Positions 1 through 13,206 of a DNA stretch of 64,000 nucleotides are shown piece after piece. Each line of letters opens with the position of its first letter. The first letter of the stretch is position 1. The stretch covers positions 109,926,001 to 109,990,000 of the forward strand of contig OX597819.1 of NCBI GenBank assembly GCA_951406725.2. The letters run 5' to 3'. The stretch is from Octopus vulgaris. Taxonomy: Eukaryota. The translations under genes were made by a program, and so were the position numbers. The notes under the pieces are model-generated. The model had not been told where the DNA came from, made no database searches, and saw only the letters and a list, made by a program, of their open reading frames with translations.

Positions 1-520
1 GGCAGTGTTGATGATGGCAGTAATGATGGTAAAGGCAGTAGTGGTGATGGTGGTAGTAATGACGGTAGTGGCAGTAGTGGTGGTGGTAGTAATGACGGTA
101 GTGGCAGTGGTGGTGGTGGTAGTAATGACGGTAGTGGCAGTGGTGGTGATGGTGGTAGTAATGACAGTAGTGGCAGTGGTGGTGGTGGTAGTAATGACGG
201 TAGTGGCAGTGGTGGTGGTGGTAGTAATGACAGTAGTGGCAGTGGTGGTGGTAGTAATGATGGTAGTGGCAGTGGTGGTGGTGGTAGTAATGACGGTAGT
301 GGCAGTGTTGATGATGGCAGTAATGATGGTAAAGGCAGTGGTGGTGATGGTGGTAGTAATGACGGTAGTGGCAGTGGTGGTGGTAGCAGTGGTGATAGCA
401 GTGGTGGTAGCAGTGGTGGTAGTGGCAGTGTTGTTGGTGGTGGTGGCGGCGGCGGCGGCAGCGGTGATTGTGGTAGTGATGGCAGCGGAAGTGGTGGTGG
501 TAGCAGTGGTGGCGTGGTGA
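1..520. repeat. GTG/GTA-rich degenerate minisatellite (about 33-bp unit GGCAGTGGTGGTGGTGGTAGTAATGACGGTAGT)
   Basis: Unit visibly repeated about 10 times; the poly-Val ORF 5..520 is its by-product. Confidence 0.9.
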
Positions 521-1202
521 CTAGATGTCCAGACTCGTTGTTGTGGCGATCTAATAGCGTAAAGTGACCGAATATTGGCTTTAGTCTTTAACTATAGTTT
601 TATCCATTCAAGACCACAGAAACAATAGAGTGGCTCTATTGACAGGTCAGTAATGAATGACCCTTGCCTCTGGTTGCCAAGCGATCTACAATATCGACCA
701 TATTTCTCTTTTATATCAAATGGAATCAATGGGAAAAAAGAAGCCAGCGAAAAAAAAACAAAAAAAAAACAAGCAAACAAACAAAAACAAAAAGATATAC
801 AAATACGTATTAATCATGAAAAAGAAAAAGAAAAACGAAAAATACTAGAAAGGAAATGGTGTTCTTATCACGTGATGAGCATTGCATCCATGCTCGAAAT
901 ATCACTTCCGGCGTTTTATTTTTGTTCGTTGGTTTGATTTAATTTTGTTTGTTTTTGTTTTGTTACTTACCTATTTTTTTTATTGTATCTTTTTTTCTTC
1001 ACGTTTGAACAAATTTCTTCCGTTATTCTTGGAAACGAAACTGGTAAGCTGTGTTGTTATTGTTTGTATTTGTATTGTTGTTGATAGTTTTATTTTTTTT
1101 ATTGATGCTAGAGGCAGAGTTGGTGTTGATGTTGGTGCTGGTGTTGGTTGCACCACGGGTGGTAGAAATACTATCGTTGACGGTGTTGTTGATGCTATTG
1201 TT

Positions 1203-1320
1203 GGCGGAGGTAAAGAATACGCACCCCACCCGTTTTCGGCGTAACTCTAACCCTAACCCTAAATCTAACCCTAACCCTAATCGCCGAAAACGGGTGGTGT
1301 GCGTATTCTTTAACTTCCCC
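1203..1320. mobile_element. Small non-autonomous TIR element (MITE) with internal (CCCTAA)n telomere-like repeats
   Basis: About 38-bp inverted arms (GGAGGTAAAGAATACGCACCCCACCCGTTTTCGGCG / CGCCGAAAACGGGTGGTGTGCGTATTCTTTAACTTCC); ATTGTT on both flanks (1197-1202, 1321-1326) as possible 6-bp TSD. Confidence 0.75.
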
Positions 1321-1529
1321 ATTGTTGTTATTATCGATGATGACGACGACGACGACGACGATGATGATGATAATGATGATAATGATGATGATTATTGATA
1401 ATACGTTTGGTGTTTGCGGTTGTGGTCTCTTGCCCTCGGTCCATCTCGAACTAACCCACCTCCTCTTTACCCTCACCAAGTACAGTGTTGTTCAACTTTA
1501 AATACAGAACGGTGTGATTTTATCTTTTA

Positions 1530-1930
1530 TCTTTTACTTGTTTCCATCATTTGACTGTGGCCATGCTGGGGCACCGCTTTGAAGGGCTTTCAGTCAAACA
1601 AATCGACACCCAGGACTTAATTATGTTTTTAAAATCTGCTACTTATTCTTTAGCGGAACCGCTAAGTAACGGAGACGTAAGCACACCAACCCGGTTATCA
1701 AGCGGTGGTAGGGGACAAAGACAGACACAACGACACACACACACACATACACACACATGCATTTATATATACGACAAGCTCCTTTCAGTTTCCGGCTACC
1801 AAATCCACTCACAAGGCTTTGGTCGGCCCGAGGCTTTAGAAGAAGACACTTACCCAAAGTGTCACTCAGTGGGACTGAACCCAGAACCATATGGTTGGGA
1901 AGCAAATTTCTTACCACACAGCCACGCTTA
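1530..1930 (-). mobile_element. tRNA-derived SINE family B (CORE-like ACCTTGGGCAAGTGTCTT domain, internal (TG)n, conserved tail)
   Basis: tRNA-like head with A/B boxes; related copies at about 9578-9750(+), 12019-12180(+), 29890-30297(-), 33650-34095(-), 51110-51385(-), 59170-59282(-). Confidence 0.85.
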
Positions 1931-2649
1931 CGGTATATATTTTTAACTGACCGATCAACTGTGTAAAAGCTGGCTTCTTGATTTGAAGTTGTCCTTTTTT
2001 TTTGTTGCTGCGCGTTTTAAGGATGGGGATAGTTTACGTTCTGAGTTCAAATCTCTCCGGGGTCAATTTTGTCTTTCGTCTTTTAGGGGTCAATAAAATA
2101 AAGTCCTTGTGAAGAACTAGAGTCGGTGGTACCGACGAGTACACTCTACTTTAAAAAAAAAAAAAGAGAAAACAAATGCTGGCGTTGTGCCCAAATTAGA
2201 ACCATTAAAGTTGTTGTTGTTGATGATGATGCTGGTGATAGTGGTGATGAGGATAACGATGATGATGATGAGGAGGAGGACAATGACGATAATTATGAGG
2301 GTGCTGATGATCTTGATTTTTGTACTTGCTAATACTATTGTTATTGTTACTGTTGCTGTTGTTGCTTCTTCTTCTTATCAGGACTCACGCCATTAGCCAC
2401 AAAGAATAATCTCTAATTCGAGCCTACTCTAAGCTACTAAGAATGCGTGCGGCAACTTGAAGATGCACGCGCCACACACGATAGACTGGCGGTTGCACGG
2501 GCGCGAAAGCTACGTTGTTATCCTCATTCCGTAAACGGTTGCTTTTAACGGATGGAGAGCTGAACCATCCTGGGATACAGAGGATTCGCGATCTAGACTA
2601 GGGTCTGAAAGTTTACCACACCATAGTGGGTTACACCATGGTTCCTCTG

Positions 2650-2850
2650 CTTTGTGGCAGAAGTAGGAAGAAAGAGGGAAAGTTGTGGTGAAAGTGTACA
2701 GCGGGGTTCACCCCTCCCCCACCGCCGGAGCTTCGTGGAGCTTAGGTGTTTTTGCTCAATAAACACTCACAATGCCCGGTCTGGGAATCGAAACCGCGTT
2801 CTTACGACTGCCAGTCCGGTGCCCTAACCACTGTGCCATTGCGCCTCCAC
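2650..2850 (-). mobile_element. tRNA(Arg)-like SINE family C
   Basis: Head GGAGGCGCAATGGC...GGTTAGGGCA...GGTTTCGATTCCCAGACCGGGC on the minus strand; related copies at 29261-29565(+) and 51465-51775(-). Confidence 0.8.
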
Positions 2851-3105
2851 TGCTGTTGTTGCTGTCGTCGTTAGTATTGTTATCAACATTGTTGTTGTTG
2901 TTGTTGTTATCGTTCAAGTGACATTTTGTTCGGTTCAGTCAGCGTTGTATTATAAATTTCCCACTGCATACTTTCCGCCTCGTTATCTGTCAATCGGTGC
3001 AGGAGATGCTTGCTTTAACGACGTGGCGAATACAAATACTTTCACACATATATTCTTAGTGAAATTTACATACGCACACATTCAAACATTCACACACACA
3101 CACAG

Positions 3106-3177
<72 letters not shown>

Positions 3178-3288
3178 GCGCATTCGCATGCATATTCACA
3201 TGCACGCATGCACACATACAAAGAAAACCAGATTCGGTATCTAGGAAACGTGTACTCGCAAGCTTGCTTACATAAACACACACACACT

Positions 3289-3386
<98 letters not shown>

Positions 3387-3468
3387 CAAAGAGACATAGG
3401 CAGGTTTTATTGCACTGTAGTTATATGCACACATTCATGCATATATATGAATATAATCTATCTATCTA

Positions 3469-3545
<77 letters not shown>

Positions 3546-5030
3546 ATATGTATATATATATATATGTATATATATCTGTATACATGTGTATATATATGTG
3601 TGTATATATATATCATGCACATGCAAGTATAATATATGTCTATATTATCAGTGTATGTGTATGTGTGCTTGTGCGTGCACGCGCATGCGTGTGTGTGTTT
3701 GTGGGAGAGTAGGGAAGAAAGCGTACAGGCGTGGGTGTAATTTGGCAGAGATAGAAGAGAAATATATGCGTAGATTATCTTAAGTATATCAAATAAACAA
3801 ACACTTGCATACACACTTACATATACATACGCATATATAGAGTTGTCCATTTACGTATAGATGTACATATATGGATCGATATGTTTGCAGATAGGTATGC
3901 CGATAAAGATACAGAAATGCTAAATTCACCGTCTTACATATACATATTTACGTACACAAACGTACATAGACATACGTCAGAATACAAATGTGTGCTCCCA
4001 CCCACACAGATACGAAAACATGTGAAGGTACAGGTGAAATAAAAAATCATAGGGGTTTATTCCCAAACAGAATCTTAAAGTTGCAAGCTCTTTATTCAAA
4101 TTGTGCCTGAAGTATTCGTATAACTGGGAACAAATTTATATATTGAGAACGTGTTTCAGTGGCACAAACTTTCTTCTCTTCTCCCTTCTATGGCTACGCT
4201 TTGCCTGAGAGGGGCAGTGAGGTTTAATTTTGCAATCATTTCCAGAAAATTTTCCTTTGCGATCTCTCGTCAACCAAACTAGAGCTGTTTTCTGCAGCCA
4301 TAGCTATCTAGTGATTTTCTCCTGTCGTTTGGTCTCCAAATCGATCTTCAACAAGAAACAGCGCATTAATATGGCTGAGAAATCGTAGCAGCCGGCTTCA
4401 ATGAGCAAGTAGTTGCGTACCGTTTTATGACAAAGGATTCATGAATCAACTCTTGATATCTGGCTTTTAGAGTTAAGAGATGCTAATTCCGTCTTTTCAG
4501 GATTCTGCCAGTTCGGTTACTAATGTGGGTTTGGTGCCCAAGGATAGAAGAACCATGACTGATTAATACAAAATGAAAAGCAGATAGCTCACTCTTGTTT
4601 TTGCACTGGGGCCTTTCAACTTCCTCTAGCAATTTTACACTTTTGGGTAACGATGCTTACTGCTCTTGGCTTTATCTTTCTACAAGTATGTCTATTTGGA
4701 AATTTTGTAAGGACCTTGGCGTGACTCAGCTTCTATCGATGATATGTTTTCAGTTATTTGACCAACTTACGGGTTGTTTGATCAACTTATAACTGGCTGA
4801 GTATTCCACAGACATATATATCCTTAACAAAATCTTGAGACAGTATCATTGTAACAGGGTATGTAATGAGTTAAAATTTAGTCAAACGGTTTCTGCACAG
4901 TTTCTGTCAGACATATTACATTCATGAAAAATCATTCATTTGCTCAAGCTACCACACTGTGTGATTGAACCTGAAACTTCTGACTGCCAAATGAAATTCT
5001 TAACCTTTAGGCCACTCAGCGTCCTTTCCT

Positions 5031-5310
5031 ATGTATGCATGCATGCATGTATGTATGTATGTATGTATGTATGTATGTATGTATGTATGTATGCATGCAT
5101 CTATGTATGCATGTATGTATGTATGTATGTATGTATGTATGTATGTATGTATGTATGTATGTATGCATGTATGCATGCATGTATGTATGTATGTATGTAT
5201 GTATGTATGTATGTATGTATGTATGCATGTATGCATGCATGTATGTATGTATGTATGTATGTATGTATGTATGTATGTATGTATGTATGTATGTATGTAT
5301 GCGTGCATGT
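5031..5310. repeat. (TATG)n microsatellite, representative of many (TA)n, (CA)n, (TATC)n, (TATG)n, (AAT)n tracts in the window
   Basis: Direct tetranucleotide repeat; explains the MYVC/HTYI ORFs. Confidence 0.97.
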
Positions 5311-5438
5311 ATATATATGATATTTGCTGAAAATACTCAAATTTTATATACTGTGCTTTACGTAGTTTCAATGTTTGGTTGCTAATAATATGTAAATAAA
5401 CGAATTTGCGCGCGATTGTGTGTCTACACACACACACA

Positions 5439-5477
<39 letters not shown>

Positions 5478-6433
5478 CATGTGCGTATAGAGTTGTGGTT
5501 GTGTGTGTGTGTGTGTGTGTATGTGTTTGAATTACAGCAGCCATTACTGTGCAAATACTTATTAAACATTGATTTTGACATTTCCATTATTTTTCCCTTT
5601 ACAACATTTCCAGGACAAAAACTCCTGCACAGACGAAACAACTGATTTAAACAATGTTGAAATTAGTTTCGTATTCATTTCACATTTCTGTAAATATGGA
5701 CCTCCATCTGCACACCAGCAGTCACGAAAACTTAGAATCCTCTAACGAAGATCTGCATGAAGGCCTCTGCAGATCAGAATATATTGACAGGTATCTTCCT
5801 TGTCACACTCTATAAAGGTTCCGTTATTATCAGCCTTTAGTGAATGAATTAAGATTCTCAAACTGTTCCTCTCACTTTACTCAAGTTTTATTTCTTATCA
5901 GCTTTGGTTTTACCCGGGTGTTTTCTCTGAATCCTAGATTAATATACGTCATTTAATATTTATATTTAAAAAAATAATGTCGTAGTGTGAATTTGAAATT
6001 AAAATGAAAGAAGCCATGACAATGGGATATTTTCTTTTTAGAATATAAATGATATTTATTATATTAGAAAATAATGTCTTGCATTATCACGGTTTCCTAT
6101 ATCCAGATTTCAAATTCATAATGTTTTGTAGATTTTCTGAAAACAAAAAATAACAAATTGATATTTATACATGTATCATTTATAAACGCAAAGAAATGTA
6201 TTCACTATATGCATACATATACTAATATAAGTATGAAGATATCTGTGTGTATATATATATATATATATAAGCACATACAAGTGTTTATATATGTATGTAT
6301 GTATTCATACAGATACATGCTCATACGTATGCAAATAGGCACATACGTACACACATGTATACATATGTATCTATGCACATACATGTATAGATAAATATGA
6401 ATACATGTATGCGCATATATATAAATATACATA

Positions 6434-6487
<54 letters not shown>

Positions 6488-6555
6488 TACATATATTTAC
6501 ATACGCACACACACATGTATATATACATACATACACGTATGTTTATGTATGCATA

Positions 6556-6638
<83 letters not shown>

Positions 6639-7176
6639 TGTAATACACATATATTTGTGAATATATAATGTTATATATATATATATATATATATGTGTGT
6701 ATGTATGTATGTATGTATGTATGTATGTATGTATGTATGTATGTATGTATGTATGCATGTATGTATGTATGCATGTATGTATGTATGTATGTAAATAACT
6801 GGATTCTTGTTTCTAGTGCAGGCCTATCAAATATTACAAAAACTGTTCAATCTTTCTGGAAATAAAGTAAAATATATTTCTGCATTAATATCAAGTTCAC
6901 AGCTTTATAAATCTGTTTCTCGCCCCAGGATTTTTTCAAAGCTGTCTTTGAATAATTCATGAGAATACAAAATGGTTTGTAAGAATGTAAACTGCGCAAG
7001 TGTATATGTTTATATCTACACATATATCTATACACACTCGCGCGCATACTCACACGCGCCTGCGCACATACAGTTACGCACGTGCGAACATACACACACA
7101 CTCACAGATGTACGTGCTGATATACATAGATACCAATCTATGTATTTAGATATATGTATGTGTCTATGTGTAGCTT

Positions 7177-7210
<34 letters not shown>

Positions 7211-7578
7211 TGTGTCTGTTTGTGTTTGTGTATACATGCATATGCAATCGTAAATAACAAACTTATATACATATATACACTAATGCTTTAAAGACTATTG
7301 CAAGTCTAACAAATTAGCAATTAAAGATCAAATTGGTGAAGTGAAAGTAATATGGAGATGTGCTGAACACATTTAATAAATGGAGCAGCCATTGGTCTAC
7401 ATTCTAAATATCTATTAAATTAAGCTAAATTTTGCAAAAGTTTATTATAATCCGATGTAGTTTATTACTTAAATAAATTAAGTCATTTTCGCAACAATCC
7501 AACCACAGAAGTACAGCAAAATGCATGAAATGACCCAGAAGAGTCGTTAGAGAGTCCGGTATTTGATAGGTATTTTAA

Positions 7579-7815
7579 GGCAGCGAGCTGGCTGAAACGT
7601 TAGCATGCCGGGCGAAATGCATAGCCGTATTTCGTCTGCCGTTACGTTCTGAGTTCAAATTCCGCCGAGGTCGACTTTGCCTTTCATCCTTTCGGGGTCG
7701 ATTAAATAAGTACCAGTTACGCACTGGGGTCTATGTAATCGACTTAATCCGTTTGTCTGTCCTTGTTTGTCCTCTCTTTGTTTAGCCCCTTGTGGGTAGT
7801 AAAGAAATATGTATT
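7579..7815 (+). mobile_element. tRNA-derived SINE family A (Meta-SINE-like core GCCTTTCATCCTTTCGGGGTCGATAAA)
   Basis: Head GGCAGCGAGCTGGC...GAGTTCAAATTCC (B box); most abundant family, more than 20 full or partial copies in the window. Confidence 0.88.
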
Positions 7816-9844
7816 TGGTAGGCTTTCATTTTCATCCTTCAAGATATATGAAAACCTTCATCAAGCAGTGTTAGTGGTATTTACGGTTTAATGATCTACG
7901 ACCCGATGTTTCAATACCTTGTAGAGATTATATACATGCATCTATATACGTACAAACATACACACACACACACATACATATATACACACGTACAAACATG
8001 CATACATATATGCCTACATTCATACATACATACGTGACATACAGATATACACATTTACATACATACATGCATGCATGCGTACATAAATACATACAATCAT
8101 ACCTACCTACCTACCTACCTACCTACATTATACATACATACATGCATGTATAAATACATACATAACATACATATATACATGCACACATACAAACATGCAT
8201 GCATGACACATTCTGATTGAATCTTCCATGTGTTAACATGTACCTTTCTTGTGACAATGTAAACTTTCGTTTAATCAAGATATATCAATTTAATCAAGAC
8301 AAGACCTGAAGAGTGGCCTGTGGTATACACCTCACTTGGATATTTGCCACTTCCGAGGTTCTGCTCGCTATGAAGCATATGTAGCCCGGATCTTATCCAC
8401 TCCATTCTCTAGCTCTTGTATTCTTCGCATACCCGGCAGCCCTAGTTACCTACCGTTAAATATAAAGAACTTTTTTCAATTTATCTTACTTCGATAAGAA
8501 AATATTCACAACCTTCCGTCTCCACATACAACTATTGTCCCCGAAAGTTATTTTGTTATGGTAATTTTCAGGCCGGTGTAAATATACCCAATTCGGATAC
8601 AATTTTCATTGCAAGAAGTAAATATTCCGTATATAATTTATATATTTTTATAACAATCCTTATTTAGTACTTACTCTTTTACTTGTTTACTTGTTTTTGA
8701 AAATTTCAAGCCTTTTTTTGCTGAGAGTTGCCGAACACTTTACTTAATGGAAGGGAGTATATAGCTCCCATAAGTTCTGGTGCTTGCTCATTTTTATTAT
8801 TTTTGTCAATATTTTTGTATGAGAGTAGAGGACGGGGCAGAAAAAGAAATACATCAAACTGAAAGGAAATGGCTGCGAATTCTCGTTTAGCTGATGTCTT
8901 ACTTCCACTGAAAGAGACATGTTCCTTGACACTTACTAATCAAGAAGAGTACACACGCACACACAAATACACACATATACACACACATATACATGCACAA
9001 ACACACAAACACTCACACATATATACATACATGAATACATAAGCAGACATATAATTATATACGTACGTCCATGGCTACATACATACATAAATCTAAACCT
9101 CCAGCTTTCGTATCCTATCTATACATTTATAATTCTTAAGTATTACCATAAGTGCTGAGGGCAATGGTAACAACTATTTTACACGAATGTCGTCAAAAGC
9201 TGGATTTTCCACAAGAGAACAAAAGAAAATATCTGACGGATACAAAGAAAAATTTTCAAAGCATTCTAAATATTCTAAATACAAGTCTTTAAAAGGAATA
9301 TATACACACCATTATATAGACATACATACATACATACAGAAAAGACGTATATACATATGTAATAAGACTTGAACACATCCTGTTACTGATCATACACGTG
9401 CAAAGACATTTGCGTAGATATAGACACAATGCCGAATAACCGCACACATTGATATATATGTAAATATACACTTTCGTATTCACAGATCCTGGAAGTGGTG
9501 TGACTCAAAGAAGAATTGTTGTTTTGTTCGTAATCGGACTGTATTCTGAAAAGAAGGCTTTTATAAAACACTTGACTGGCGTAGGATGGCCGTATGGTTA
9601 TGAAGCTCACTTTGCAACCATGTACTCTCGGGTTCAGTTCCACTGCGAGGTACCTAGGGCAAGTGTCTTCTACTATAGCCTCGGATCGATTAATGCCTTG
9701 TGAGTGGATTTGGTGGAAGCTTATCGAATACCCCCTCCCCCCAGACACATGTAAATGTTAAAATTATATACTGGGGTTCATTTGTTCTATTATAACATCG
9801 AAAAATACCGTAGGAATGAGAACCCAGGTTCGAAATTTCCCCAA

Positions 9845-9890
9845 GACACCTGATGAAGGCTGCAGGGTATATCAGCCGAAACGTTGTGTT
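9845..9890 (+). ncRNA. Minimal type I hammerhead ribozyme motif
   Basis: GACAC-CUGAUGA-A-GGCUG(loop)CAGCC-GAAA-CG-UU|GUGUU: intact core, stems I and II pair, palindromic mini stem III. Confidence 0.75.
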
Positions 9891-10444
9891 AACAACAAAC
9901 AAGATGAGGACAAATATCCGTCAAATATAAATAATGTACATAATGAAATATAAGTATATATAACAATTTATAAATATAAATCAAACGCAACTTATATATA
10001 TTTTAAAACTAGATCTGAGTCGCAACAGATGATAATGCTTCTCTCAAAGAAATGGAAAGATCCAAATATAAGGACCTGAAAATAGAGATAACAGGAAAGT
10101 GACGGGTTGGGGCTGAAAATAGAAATCCTTGAGAAGTGCCTTGAGAATGATAAAATAAGAACTGAGGTACAGGGCTCGAAACTTCTAAATAACTTCATAC
10201 ACACAAGGTACTTTCAGTGCAGTAAAAATAATAAAATTAAAACAAAACACTGTACATAAATGTGTTCGTTGGTGCAGTGAAAACACACAGTAAATATAAA
10301 ACGGTTAAAGCATTGAAGTGGTGTACTGGCAGAGTCGTTAGATCGAATTGATTTGTACTAGTTTTTCTTTCAACGCGCTGTGTCCTGAGTTCAAATTCAA
10401 TCGAGACCGTCTCTAGTTTTTCTGAATTGATAAAGGAGCAGTTC

Positions 10445-10838
10445 TTTTCTCCTATAGACACAAGGCCTGAAATTTTGGGGAAGGGGACTAGTCGGTTACA
10501 TCAACTCTAGCGTTTCACTGGTACTGAATTTATCGACCCCGAAAGGATGAAATGCAAAGTCGACCTCGAAGGAATTTGAACTCAAAACGTGACGGCAGAC
10601 GAAATACCTATTTCTTTACTACCCACAAGGGATTAAACACAAAGAGGACAAACAAGGACAGACAAACGGATTAAGTCGATTATATCGAACCCAGTGTGTA
10701 ACTGGTACTTATTTAATCGACCCCGAAAGGATGGAAGGCAAAGTCGACCTCGGAGGAATTTGAGCTCAGAACGTAGCGGCAGACGAAATACCGCTAAGCA
10801 TTTTGCCCGGTGTGCTAACGTTTCTGCCAGCTCGCCGC
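10445..10838 (-). mobile_element. SINE family A, tandem dimer
   Basis: Head at 10838 followed by a second head-less unit through the AAAGAAATAG|GTATTTCGTC junction near 10605. Confidence 0.8.
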
Positions 10839-11070
10839 CTTCCTGTTTCTGTGGTACTTGTATTTCAAAGTGTCAGCCTTATCAGGCTGAATCTCCCCAA
10901 GCACTACGTTAACGATACACGTGTCTGTGGAGTGCTCAGCCACTTGCACGTTAATTTCCCGAGCAGGCTGTTCCGTTGATTGGATCAACTGGAACCCACG
11001 TCGTCGTAATCGAGTGAGTGCCGTAGTATATGTATGTCTTTGCCTGTATCATGCGTTATCCGCATTATCT

Positions 11071-11362
11071 TCTTTATATATAAAAGTGAAGTTGTGTGAA
11101 TGTCTGTCTCCTACGATTTAGATTCCTACATTTTGCGGTGCAGTGTAACCAAAACCGGGTATCTTATAGTCGTGATTCCTATCGAGCCCTTCTGGGTATT
11201 AGCACACGTCTACGATGAGTTTACGATTTAAAAAAAAAATACTATCATTTTTTCCCACTTTTAATGCATTTTTTGGCTATTATATAAGGGAAGTAACTCT
11301 CTAAAAATGCTTATATAGTTATTTCCCTTACAAACCCGAGCAACGCCGGGCGATACTGCTAG
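11071..11362 (+). mobile_element. Non-autonomous Helitron
   Basis: 5' TCTTTATATATAAAAG, subterminal GC-rich hairpin CCCG...CGGG, 3' CTAG followed by T; second copy at 19487-19871. Confidence 0.85.
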
Positions 11363-11608
11363 TGTATCATAAATTTATCTTTCTTTTCCTAACATATAAT
11401 CTTTCTTCTTCTTATCTACCAATTACAGTCCTGATTTCGCCACGATTCGAACTATCAGCTCAGTTGTTTATAGTTATTCAAAGAAAAAAGAACAAAACAA
11501 AAAATGGAAGTATAAAAACTGGAAGAGGAAAATAGAAAGGATTTAATGGAATACTTTTAAGTAAGGGATGATAAAATATCATTGAAAAGTAAAAAGTATA
11601 TCAACAAA

Positions 11609-11815
11609 ATGCACTCCATTGAAAGTATTTATGGGAAGACAATTACAGATAACTACTACGATCTAAACATAGATAGGGATGTTATTAGAAATTATTCTAC
11701 CGTTGAGTCGAAAATAACGGCACCACGAGAGGAGGAAAATTTTTTACAGGAAATAGATATTAGTGCTCAATCATCGCAGGTCTCTGTTAAGAACGAGAAC
11801 CCACCGACCATGGAC
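11609..11815 (+). CDS. BCR/ABR-like gene, first recognisable coding exon (N-terminal low-complexity region MHSIES...PPTMD)
   Basis: Acceptor ..ttacag|11429 after a long pyrimidine tract; ATG 11609; donor GAC|gtaagt at 11816, phase 0; upstream in-frame ATG 11504 is followed by two TAA. Confidence 0.6.
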
Positions 11816-12200
11816 GTAAGTTTGCATTGAAATATTTTTCTGTACTGTTGTTGTTTATGATAATGATGATGATAATGAGGAGGAGGAGAAGAGAGAGAGA
11901 ACAAGAAGAATATTGAAGTGTGTGTATGTCTGTATGTATAAGTATATATGTATAAATATGTATTTGTATGTATGTATGTATGTATGTATGTATGTATGTA
12001 TGTATGTAGGCTTCTATCGCAGGAATGGCTGTGTGGTAAGTAGCTTGCTTACCAACCACATAGTTTCGGGTTCAGTCCCTCTGTGTGGTACCTTGGGCAA
12101 GTGTCTTCTACTGTAGCCTCGGGCCGACCAAAGCCTTGTGAATGGATTTGGTAGACGGAAACTGAAAGAAGCCCGTCGTATATATATATAAATGTGTGTG

Positions 12201-12240
<40 letters not shown>

Positions 12241-12247
<7 letters not shown>

Positions 12248-12356
12248 AGTGAATTGAAGAAATGGAGCTGAACGAAGATTGAACAGAAATCGTTTTATTT
12301 CATTCTACACGTGTTTCGAAAGGCACCAGCTCCATTTCTTCAATTCACTAATAATA
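12241..12356. repeat. 30-bp perfect inverted repeat enclosing a hammerhead 3' half (Penelope pLTR remnant)
   Basis: 12241-12270 is the reverse complement of 12327-12356; minus strand reads CGAAA-CACGUG-UA near 12305-12318. Confidence 0.7.
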
Positions 12357-12509
12357 TTAATATTCAATTATCCGCACCAACGCACGGTTGCAACACCATA
12401 TGGTTGTACCTCCAACCATGCTGTCTTCTGGTGTGATTTTTGCTACCAAGGTAACGGTTAAACTTTTGATTAATCTGCTACAAGATTATTCATCTTTCTA
12501 TTTCACATA

Positions 12510-12619
<110 letters not shown>

Positions 12620-12739
12620 TATATGTTAGAAGTATTGGGTGTGATGTACAGATTTAATATATATGAAAGAAAAAAGATTTTCAGAATGATGGATGGTTGT
12701 AAAAATATATATTTATTTACATATCACATATTATTACTT

Positions 12740-12782
12740 CATATTAGCGCTTTGAACTACTCCTGTAGTTTCATCAGAAATG
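12740..12782 (-). ncRNA. Degenerate minimal hammerhead ribozyme motif
   Basis: CAUUU-CUGAUGA-AACUAC(AGGA)GUAGUU-C-AAA-GCGC-UA|AUAUG; G12 missing. Confidence 0.55.
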
Positions 12783-13138
12783 TCAGTTTTAAAAGTTTTG
12801 CCTGTATTTATATTATTGGTAAATGAAGTGGGGAGAAAGAGAGAGTGTGTGTATATAATGGAGAATATAGGGAGGATGGTGAAAGAGAGAGAGAGAGAGA
12901 GAGAGAGAGGGGGAGTGATAGGGAGATAGAGGGATGGAGAAGGTGAAAGAGAGAGAATATGGGTGTGTGTGTTTTAAATCTGTGTATTTTTCTCTTTTTT
13001 CTTTTTTTGGGTCTTTTTGTATTTTTGGATGACCCTTGGAAGAAATGGAAAGAGAGAAGGAAAAAGAGAGTTTGAGAGGGTTTGTTTTTCAATAGTAGGA
13101 GTGTTGTTATGTACACCCACACATATATCCCTACATAT

Positions 13139-13206
<68 letters not shown>

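Noticed and set aside
5-520. 171-aa poly-Val ORF, and similar ones at 30903-31100 and 60720-60974
   Set aside because: Trinucleotide-derived low-complexity repeats without splice or codon evidence.
1241-1281. CCCTAA repeats as a telomere or fusion scar
   Set aside because: Too short and enclosed by TIRs of a small element.
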